Shown here one piece after another: positions 25,619 through 32,000 of a DNA stretch of 32,000 bases. A program made the position numbers and the translations under genes. Source of the DNA: an uncultured archaeon (lineage in GTDB: Archaea; Iainarchaeota; Iainarchaeia; Iainarchaeales; DATDZZ01); assembly GCA_964373795.1 (NCBI GenBank), contig CAYJVY010000003.1, positions 68,798 through 100,797 on the forward strand, read 5' to 3'. The first letter of the stretch is position 1. Each line of letters starts with the position of its first letter. Under the pieces are notes generated by a model. The model searched no databases. It saw only the letters and a program-made list of their open reading frames with translations, and was not told where the DNA came from.

Positions 25619-27646
25619 TTGATGGTTTTGCAGTATGTTTTAGTGGCAGGTGTTTTGGGTTTAATGTTTGCTGCTTGGAAGGCAAAAACTGTTTTGAGTT
25701 CAGAAGATGGTTCAAAGAAAATGATGGAAATTTCTTCCTTTATTCGTGAAGGTGCAATGGCTTTTTTGAGAAAGCAATATTCTATTCTGGCAATTTTTGT
25801 TTTAATTGTTGCTGCTTTTTTATATTTTTATCCAGGAATTCATGCAAACACTGCAATTTCTTTTGTTGTCGGAGCATTTACTTCAATTTTTGCAGGTTTT
25901 GTTGGAATGAATATTGCTACTAGAGCAAATGCTAAAACAACTCAAGCTGCAACCAAAGGATTGGCAAAGGCTTTAAATGTAAGTTTTTCTGCAGGATTAG
26001 TAATGGCTTTTTTCACTGCTTCTGCAGGGCTTTTAGGAATTACTGTTATGTACTTGGTTTTTAACGATCCAGGAATTATTTTTGGTTTTTCTTTAGGGGC
26101 ATCATCAGTTGCATTGTTTGCAAGAGTTGGAGGCGGAATTTTCACTAAAGCAGCTGATGTTGGAGCTGATCTGGTTGGAAAAGTTGAAAAACACATTCCT
26201 GAAGACGATCCAAGAAATCCAGCTGTAATTGCAGATAATGTTGGAGACAATGTTGGAGATGTTGCTGGAATGGGAGCAGACTTGTTTGAATCCTATGTTG
26301 GAGCAATTATTTCTGCAATGGCTATTGGTTTACTTGCTTTTACTCAAAACTTGAATTGGTTATTGTTTCCATTAGTTTTATCAGGATATGGAATTATTGC
26401 TTCAATTATTGGAACTTTTTTAGTTCGAGTAAAATCTGACAATGACAATGTGATTAATGCTTTTCAAACAGGTTTAACTGTTTCAAGCATTCTAGTTGTA
26501 ATTGGAGCTTACTTTCTTGCAGGATACTTTTTTTCTGCAAGCAATGCATTAAATGTTACACTTATTATTGCCACTGGATTGCTTTCAGGAATTCTAATTG
26601 GATGGAATACTAATAGATACACTTCTGAACACGAAAAGTATGCTCAATCAATTGCAAATGCAGCGAAATCAGGAGTTGCCACTACTATTTTGCAAGGTTT
26701 TGTTGTTGGATTGAAGAGCACTAGGAATACTTTAATTATTATTGCTGTTTCCATAATCACTGCTTTTTATTTTGGAACTCTTCTTGGAGCAGAAACTTTA
26801 GGAGGAGTTTACGGAATTGCTTTAGCTGGGGTTGCAATGCTTTCAACTCTAGGAATTTCTTTAGCAATTGATGCTTTTGGCCCAGTAGTTGATAACGCTG
26901 GAGGAATTGCTGAAATGTCTGGAATGCCTTCAAAAGTTAGAAGCATTACTGATGGATTGGATGCTGCAGGCAATACTACTGCTGCAATGGGTAAAGGATT
27001 TGCAATTGGGTCAGCTGCATTGACTGCGCTTGCATTGTTTTCAAGTTATACTGCAACAGCAAGGCTTGACGTAATAAACGTAGTTGATGCAAAAATTTTG
27101 ATTGGATTATTTTTAGGGGCAATGCTTCCTTTTTACTTCACTGCTCTTACAACAAATTCTGTTGGACAAGCTGCTTTAAGCATGGTTCAAGAAGTTAGAA
27201 GACAATTCAAAGAAATTAAAGGCTTAATGGAAGGCAAAGCCAAACCCGATTATGCAAAATGTGTTGAAATTTCAACTGAAAGAGCTTTAAAGGAAATGGT
27301 TCTTCCAGGATTGCTTGCAATACTTATTCCAATTTTTATTGGAATGTTGTTTGGCCCTGCAACACTAGGAGGATTACTTGTTGGAGCACTAGTTTCAGGT
27401 GTTTCAGTTGCAGTGTTTTTAAGTAATTCAGGTGGAGCATGGGATAATGCAAAAAAATTTGTAGAAAAAGACAGAAAAGATTCAAAAGAATGGCATGAAA
27501 TTCACGATGCAACAGTTGTAGGAGACACTGTTGGAGATCCATTCAAAGACACTTCAGGCCCTGCATTAAATATTTTAATCAAATTAATGACTATTGTTTC
27601 ATTGGTTTTTCTGCCTTTGTTTTTAAAGCCATTAATAGTGATTTAA
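25619..27646 (+). CDS. hppA: Membrane-bound ion-translocating inorganic pyrophosphatase
   Basis: 675 aa with about 16 TM helices and hallmark motifs GGGIFTKAADVGADLVGKVE, DNVGDNVGD, GNTTAAMGKGFAIGSAAL and VGDTVGDPFKDT. The track start is TTG at 19 nt past 25600 (25619). The ATG at 25622 preceded by GAGGGGGAG is probably the real start. Confidence 0.95.
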   Translation: MMVLQYVLVAGVLGLMFAAWKAKTVLSSEDGSKKMMEISSFIREGAMAFLRKQYSILAIFVLIVAAFLYFYPGIHANTAISFVVGAFTSIFAGFVGMNIATRANAKTTQAATKGLAKALNVSFSAGLVMAFFTASAGLLGITVMYLVFNDPGIIFGFSLGASSVALFARVGGGIFTKAADVGADLVGKVEKHIPEDDPRNPAVIADNVGDNVGDVAGMGADLFESYVGAIISAMAIGLLAFTQNLNWLLFPLVLSGYGIIASIIGTFLVRVKSDNDNVINAFQTGLTVSSILVVIGAYFLAGYFFSASNALNVTLIIATGLLSGILIGWNTNRYTSEHEKYAQSIANAAKSGVATTILQGFVVGLKSTRNTLIIIAVSIITAFYFGTLLGAETLGGVYGIALAGVAMLSTLGISLAIDAFGPVVDNAGGIAEMSGMPSKVRSITDGLDAAGNTTAAMGKGFAIGSAALTALALFSSYTATARLDVINVVDAKILIGLFLGAMLPFYFTALTTNSVGQAALSMVQEVRRQFKEIKGLMEGKAKPDYAKCVEISTERALKEMVLPGLLAILIPIFIGMLFGPATLGGLLVGALVSGVSVAVFLSNSGGAWDNAKKFVEKDRKDSKEWHEIHDATVVGDTVGDPFKDTSGPALNILIKLMTIVSLVFLPLFLKPLIVI

Positions 27647-27652
27647 TTCTGC

Positions 27653-27678
27653 CTTTCTTTCAAAAAAAAGAAAGAAAG
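27653..27678 (+). terminator. Hairpin immediately after the hppA stop (candidate terminator or RNA 3' end structure)
   Basis: CTTTCTTTC (27653-27661), an A8 loop, then GAAAGAAAG (27670-27678) form a 9-bp inverted repeat that starts 7 nt after the hppA stop codon. Confidence 0.35.
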
Positions 27679-27813
27679 CGCAATTTACGGAAAGAAAATA
27701 AAAATATGTTGCCCAAAAAAAGAAAAGTGTAAGCTGCAAATCAAATTGAAAAGAATTTAATTGCTTTTTTGTATTGAGTAAGCCTTTTAAGTATGAATAC
27801 AGTGAGTGATTGA

Positions 27814-28974
27814 ATGAGTGAATTAATTGGCCAAGCCTTACTGCAGTTAGGACTTATTTTGGTTGGTGCAAAGATTGCCGGATATGTTTTTGACAGGTTA
27901 AAGCAACCCAAAGTTTTAGGAGAGCTTTTAGCTGGCTTAATTTTAGGGCCAAGCTTATTCAATTTATTGGATTTACATAATTCAACTATTTTGTTTGTTG
28001 CAGAGCTTGGAATAATAATGCTTTTATTTGAAGCGGGAATTGAGTCAAGTTTGGCTGATTTAATGAAGTCAGGTTTTAATGCCTTTATTGTTGCATGTAT
28101 TGGAGTAACTGCGCCAATTTTATTGTCTTTGCCTTATTTTTTGTCAATTGGATTGGATTTTAACACTGCTTTTTTTATTGGAGCAACTCTTACTGCGACA
28201 AGTGTTGGATTAACTGTAAGGGTTTTAGGTGAAATGAATAAAATAAATTCTCTGGAAGGCAAAATAATTATTGGAGCAGCAGTAATTGATGACGTAATTG
28301 GTTTAGTGATTCTTTCAATTTTGACTGACATGGTGAAAATTGGAAGCATTGATATATTCAATATTGCAAAAGTAGTAGTATTAGCTGTGGTTTTCTTGGT
28401 TGCAATCATACTTCTAGGAAAATTGTTTGAAAAAAGAATTCTAGAACTTGTTGAAAAATTAAAAGTTCAAAGAACCTTTATTGTTACTGCATTTGTTTTT
28501 TCAGTTGTAATGTCATATGTTGCTTCAGGAATTGGTTTGGCTACAATTGTTGGAGCTTTTGCTGCAGGACTTGTATTGGAAAGAGAAGAACACACTCATC
28601 ATATTTTAAAAAATGTTCACGTGTTAACGCAATTGTTTGCACCAGTGTTTTTTGTTATTGCAGGTGCAGGAGTTGTTTTAGGATCTTTATTTGACGTAAA
28701 AATTTTGCCAATTGTAGTAATTGTTTCAATTATTGCAATTAGTGGAAAAATTATTGCAGGAATTGGAGCGTGGAATGTGAAAGCTTCAAAACTTGCAATA
28801 GGCATTGGAATGATTCCTAGAGGAGAAGTAGGATTAATTTTTGCAAGTTTTGGTTTGGCAAACGGTTTAATTAAAGGCGATTTATATTCTGCATTGATTT
28901 TAGTTATAATGATTACAACTTTTATTACTCCTACATTGCTGAAAAATATTTTCGATAAATCTATTCAAAAGTAG
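27814..28974 (+). CDS. Monovalent cation:proton antiporter, CPA2 family (Kef/NapA-like membrane domain, no RCK/KTN domain)
   Basis: 386 aa with 11-13 TM helices. The N-terminal motif LGELLAGLILGPS and the overall Gly/Ala-rich helices are typical of the Na_H_Exchanger fold. Confidence 0.85.
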   Translation: MSELIGQALLQLGLILVGAKIAGYVFDRLKQPKVLGELLAGLILGPSLFNLLDLHNSTILFVAELGIIMLLFEAGIESSLADLMKSGFNAFIVACIGVTAPILLSLPYFLSIGLDFNTAFFIGATLTATSVGLTVRVLGEMNKINSLEGKIIIGAAVIDDVIGLVILSILTDMVKIGSIDIFNIAKVVVLAVVFLVAIILLGKLFEKRILELVEKLKVQRTFIVTAFVFSVVMSYVASGIGLATIVGAFAAGLVLEREEHTHHILKNVHVLTQLFAPVFFVIAGAGVVLGSLFDVKILPIVVIVSIIAISGKIIAGIGAWNVKASKLAIGIGMIPRGEVGLIFASFGLANGLIKGDLYSALILVIMITTFITPTLLKNIFDKSIQK

Positions 28975-29001
28975 TCAGTTTTTCCATTTCAGTAATTTTT
29001 T

Positions 29002-29244
29002 CTAGGTTTCCATTATTATTCTAACTAATTGCTCTAAAGACAATCCATGTTTTTTAGCTGATTCCTTTAAATGCTTTGAAGCATAACCTTGCTTAAGAAA
29101 TTCTTTTTCAAGCAAAGCAATTTCTGAATCAGTTAATTCTTGACTTGTTAAAGCCATTGAATCAGTGAAATCCTCTAAGCCTTGAGATAAAAGTTTTTTC
29201 TTTCCCTCTTGTACAATTTTTTTAACCTGAATTACTTGAGTCAT
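29002..29244 (-). CDS. Hypothetical small helical protein (80 aa)
   Basis: The ORF is co-directional with pyk and immediately downstream of it. The track start at 29292 adds an atypical hydrophobic and Cys-containing extension. The ATG at 29242-29244 (MTQVIQVKK...) is more plausible. I recognise no family. Confidence 0.45.
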   Translation of the reverse strand: MTQVIQVKKIVQEGKKKLLSQGLEDFTDSMALTSQELTDSEIALLEKEFLKQGYASKHLKESAKKHGLSLEQLVRIIMET

Positions 29245-29305
29245 AAAAATATTGCACAATATTGTATTAAAAAAATATTTTTTAGAATTCAAAAACTTGC
29301 TTAAT

Positions 29306-30673
29306 TTAAATCAAGTCTTTTACCTTGTTTACTTGAATTACATTGCTTTTTTGTTCTGTTTGAGATTTAAATCCTGCAACAAAAATTATTTCTTCTTCTT
29401 CAGTTAACATTTTTTTCTTGAAAAGAAATTTAGTTACTTGAATTATTTCTTTTCCAGGAATTGAAGAAAACAAAACAGGTTTTACTCCGAAAACTAGTTC
29501 TAATTGATTTCTTACTTTTAATGAATCAGTTACTGCAATGATTTCCTTGTTTGCCCTAAAACGTGAAATCATTTTCGCTGTATAACCACTTTTAGTTAAA
29601 GCAATGATTTTTTGAATTCCAAGTTTTTCACTTAAATCAAACACTGCTTTAGTTATTCCATCAGAAATGTTTTCACATTTACTTGAATCAACATTTGATT
29701 GAATTTTTTTCTGAGTTTCTAATGCAATTAAATTCATTGTTTGAACTGATTCAACTGGATATTTTCCCACAGCTGATTCTCCTGACAACATTATTGCATC
29801 ACAGCCATCTAAAACAGCATTAGCAATATCACTTGTTTCAGCTCTTGTAGCGCGAGGCTTTTCAATCATGGATTCAAGCATTTCAGTTGCAACAATTACT
29901 GGCTTGCCTTTTTGATTGCATTTCTTAATTAATTGTTTTTGAATTAAAGGCAATTTAAATGCAGGCACTTCCACTCCTAAATCTCCTCTAGCAATCATTA
30001 TTGCATCTGCTTCTTCCAAAATTTCATTAAAATTTTTCAATCCAGTAGAGTTCTCAATTTTCGCAATCAAACCAATTTTTTTTCCAATTATTTTCCGGGC
30101 TTGAATTAAATCTTTTCTCGATTCAGTAAAACTCAGAGAAAGAAATTCAATTTTTTTCTTTAAAGCAAACTTGATTGACTTGAAATCTTTTTTTGAAAAC
30201 AAAGGCAAACCTAAATTAATGCCTGGAAAATTTGCTCCTTTATGGTTTTTAATTTCTCCTGTGCTTAATGCTTTAACTATAACGCTTTGCTTTTTTTTCT
30301 CGATAACGCGAGTTTTAAGCAAGCCATCAGTGAATAAAACCTCTGATCCTTTGAATAGTTTTGAATAAACATTTACAGTGAAAAAGGCATTAAATTTTTT
30401 TGAAAACCCTATTTCAATTAAATCATTTTTCTTTACTTGAATTGAGTTTTTCACGTCAATTCTTACATCTCTTCCCTCAGTGTCAAAAACAATCGGCAAA
30501 TGCGAATTCAATTTTCTAATATTTGAAATAATTAAAGAATATTGTGAAAAATCTCCGTGAGAAGAATTAATTCGCACAGCATTCATTCCATGTAAAAGCA
30601 TTTTTCGCAAAATAGGCAAATTATTTGATGATGGGCCAATAGTTGAAAGAATTTTTACTTTCTTAAAAGACAT
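29306..30673 (-). CDS. pyk: Pyruvate kinase
   Basis: 455 aa, collinear with PK: N-terminal KILSTIGPSS, RINSSHG, IAKIEN, MIARGDLGVE, MLESM and AIMLSGESAVGKYP, plus the C-terminal alpha/beta domain. Confidence 0.9.
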   Translation of the reverse strand: MSFKKVKILSTIGPSSNNLPILRKMLLHGMNAVRINSSHGDFSQYSLIISNIRKLNSHLPIVFDTEGRDVRIDVKNSIQVKKNDLIEIGFSKKFNAFFTVNVYSKLFKGSEVLFTDGLLKTRVIEKKKQSVIVKALSTGEIKNHKGANFPGINLGLPLFSKKDFKSIKFALKKKIEFLSLSFTESRKDLIQARKIIGKKIGLIAKIENSTGLKNFNEILEEADAIMIARGDLGVEVPAFKLPLIQKQLIKKCNQKGKPVIVATEMLESMIEKPRATRAETSDIANAVLDGCDAIMLSGESAVGKYPVESVQTMNLIALETQKKIQSNVDSSKCENISDGITKAVFDLSEKLGIQKIIALTKSGYTAKMISRFRANKEIIAVTDSLKVRNQLELVFGVKPVLFSSIPGKEIIQVTKFLFKKKMLTEEEEIIFVAGFKSQTEQKSNVIQVNKVKDLI

Positions 30674-30707
30674 GCAAGAATAAACGAAAAACTACTTTAA
30701 ATTCATT

Positions 30708-30818
30708 TGCTCGCGGTTCAGCCCGCGAAGCTGAAGGGTCACGTGGGCATTGCGCTTGCCGCGCAAGACGGCAGCTGGAGGCCGACGTGGGCATCGCGCT
30801 TGCTGTATTCGGATACGC
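30708..30818 (+). repeat. GC-rich mosaic repeat island, copy B (same orientation as copy A)
   Basis: There are two tandem units with a 44-nt period: ACGTGGGCAT at 30741 and 30785. Unit 1 (30730-30773) and unit 2 (30774-30805) share GCTG-A/G-AGG...ACGTGGGCAT-T/C-GCGCTTGC. The hairpins are TTCAGC-CCGCGAA-GCTGAA (30717-30735) and TTGCGC-TTGCC-GCGCAA (30750-30766). Confidence 0.8.
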
Positions 30819-30847
30819 TTTTCAACGAAATCTAGTAAACCTTTAAT

Positions 30848-30879
30848 AAGTTATACTTTTTAGTATAACTTTAAATATT
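30848..30879 (+). promoter_or_regulatory. Inverted-repeat operator abutting the TATA-like box of TA module 2
   Basis: AAGTTATAC-TTTTTA-GTATAACTT (30848-30871, 9-bp arms) overlaps a TATA-like TTTAAATATT (30870-30879). This lies about 30 nt upstream of GGTGG and the GTG start at 30909. Confidence 0.5.
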
Positions 30880-30908
30880 GGTTTGTGTTATCTTTTATTG
30901 GTGGTTAA

Positions 30909-31109
30909 GTGGTTCACACCGAGGTAATAGTAAAAAAGTGGGGTAATTCTTTTGGATTAATAATCCCTAGCGAGGTTGCAAAAAGTTTGGCGTTAAAAGA
31001 AGGTAAAAAAATTGATTTAGATTTAACTGCAAAAAAAAAGATCAGCGGCTTTGGATTAGCTAAAGGAGCAAAACCGTTCAAAAGAGAGCATGATGATCGA
31101 GAGTTTTGA
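30909..31109 (+). CDS. vapB: AbrB/SpoVT-fold antitoxin (VapB/MazE-like)
   Basis: 66 aa. VKKWGNSFGLIIPSEVAKSLALKEGKKIDL is a classic SpoVT-AbrB swapped-hairpin motif. It has a GTG start and lies directly upstream of a PIN gene. Confidence 0.8.
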   Translation: MVHTEVIVKKWGNSFGLIIPSEVAKSLALKEGKKIDLDLTAKKKISGFGLAKGAKPFKREHDDREF

Positions 31110-31118
31110 GGAATTAAA

Positions 31119-31502
31119 ATGAAAGTAATTGTTGACAGCTATGCATGGGTTGAGTACTTTCTTTCCTCTGAAAAAGGGGTGAAGGCTAAAAAAATAATTG
31201 AATCAGAAAAGAATGAATTAATTACTCCAAGCATTGTTTTAGCTGAAGTAAAGTTTTGGTCTTTGCAAGAAAAAAAAGAATTTCAAAAATTTTATGAAGT
31301 TATTAGAGCTGATTCTGAGATAATTGAAGTATTTTCAAATGACTGGCTTGAAGCAGCTGAAATAAAGCATGTTAAAAGAAAAACAATTCAAAATATTGGT
31401 TTAGTTGACTGCTTACTTATTGTAAAACAACAAGAATTAAAAACAAAAATTTTAACAGGAGACCAACACTTCAAAACAATTTCAAACACAATATTGCTAT
31501 GA
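31119..31502 (+). CDS. vapC: PIN-domain ribonuclease toxin VapC
   Basis: 127 aa with PIN acidic residues in order: VIVDSYAW, LAEV, LVDCLLI and TGDQHF. A GAGGA Shine-Dalgarno motif lies upstream. Confidence 0.85.
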   Translation: MKVIVDSYAWVEYFLSSEKGVKAKKIIESEKNELITPSIVLAEVKFWSLQEKKEFQKFYEVIRADSEIIEVFSNDWLEAAEIKHVKRKTIQNIGLVDCLLIVKQQELKTKILTGDQHFKTISNTILL

Positions 31503-31569
31503 ACTTAGTTACTTGGATGAAAAAACATTGTTTGCAAAATTTTAAATCTTGTTTGGAAAACATTTTTTT

Positions 31570-32000
31570 ATGATTAAAGTAGTTAAAGGAGATTTGTTCA
31601 AGGCTTTTCCTCAAGTTGACACTATTGGGCATGGCTGTAACTGTTTTGGATTAATGGATGCAGGAATTGCTTTAGAATTCAAGAAACGCTATCCAGAAAA
31701 TTATCAAATATACAAAGATTTGTGTGAAAAAAAAGAATTCATTCCTGGAAGCGTGTTATTCTTTAAATCAAAAAACTCTTTTTTTCCAAATGTATTAAAT
31801 TTAGGCACGCAATTCAATCCAGGCAAGGATGCAAAACTTGAATTAATTGACGATTGTTGTAAAAAAATTTTAATGCATTACAAATTATGGGAAATAAAAA
31901 AACTTGGCTTGCCAAAAATTGGTTGCGGAATAGGTGGCCTTTTATGGCCAGAAGTTGAAAAAGTTTTACGCAAGCACTTTGAAAAATCTGAACTAGAAGT
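31570..32000 (+). CDS. Macro-domain protein (ADP-ribose binding / Poa1p-like phosphatase type), 3'-truncated by the window edge
   Basis: This is my own translation from the ATG at 31570: MIKVVKGDLFKAFPQVDTIGHGCNCFGLMDAGIALEFKKRYPE...LPKIGCGIGGLLWPEV. It matches the macro-domain pattern GDL...H..N..G.M..GIA and IGCGIGG. The frame stays open to the window end, which is why it is absent from the ORF track. Confidence 0.7.
   Translation, partial: MIKVVKGDLFKAFPQVDTIGHGCNCFGLMDAGIALEFKKRYPENYQIYKDLCEKKEFIPGSVLFFKSKNSFFPNVLNLGTQFNPGKDAKLELIDDCCKKILMHYKLWEIKKLGLPKIGCGIGGLLWPEVEKVLRKHFEKSELE

Noticed and set aside
30708-30818. The 44-nt tandem units could be a mini CRISPR array
   Set aside because: The units are directly adjacent with no unique spacers. 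Only two units occur per island, the units are mosaic and partly inverted in other copies, and no cas genes or leader are present.

Overview
AT-rich (about 30% G+C by eye), very gene-dense archaeal chromosome segment. The gene set (Orc1/Cdc6, Hel308, archaeal SecF-SecD, CDP-archaeol synthase, Taw1, NOG1-type GTPase), the K/N/I/E-rich proteome and a giant surface protein suggest a small-genome DPANN-type archaeon; that assignment is inference. I support about 31 protein genes, mostly housekeeping or envelope-related: SppA, CarS, a short archaeosortase-family protein, SecDF, an ABC-2 exporter, M16 and HtrA-like proteases, a membrane pyrophosphatase, a CPA2 antiporter and pyruvate kinase. There are also two vapBC-like toxin-antitoxin pairs and a partial macro-domain gene at the right edge. 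No tRNA, rRNA, CRISPR array, transposase or integrase was recognised. The most unusual signal is non-coding. Five short intergenic islands of roughly 65-70% G+C (59-135, 17877-18036, 19489-19542, 25368-25502, 30708-30818) and one 13-nt remnant (24560-24572) belong to one mosaic repeat family. The family is built from three hairpin or palindrome modules, arranged with a 44-nt tandem period in two copies, and some substitutions between copies preserve pairing. Every copy lies between genes. The three long copies share one orientation relative to the adjacent gene start, and three copies or remnants sit next to the TA cassettes. This resembles bacterial REP/BIME elements or a reiterated structured RNA leader, and I do not recognise it as a described archaeal element. 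All protein calls rest on motif recognition by eye, with no database search.
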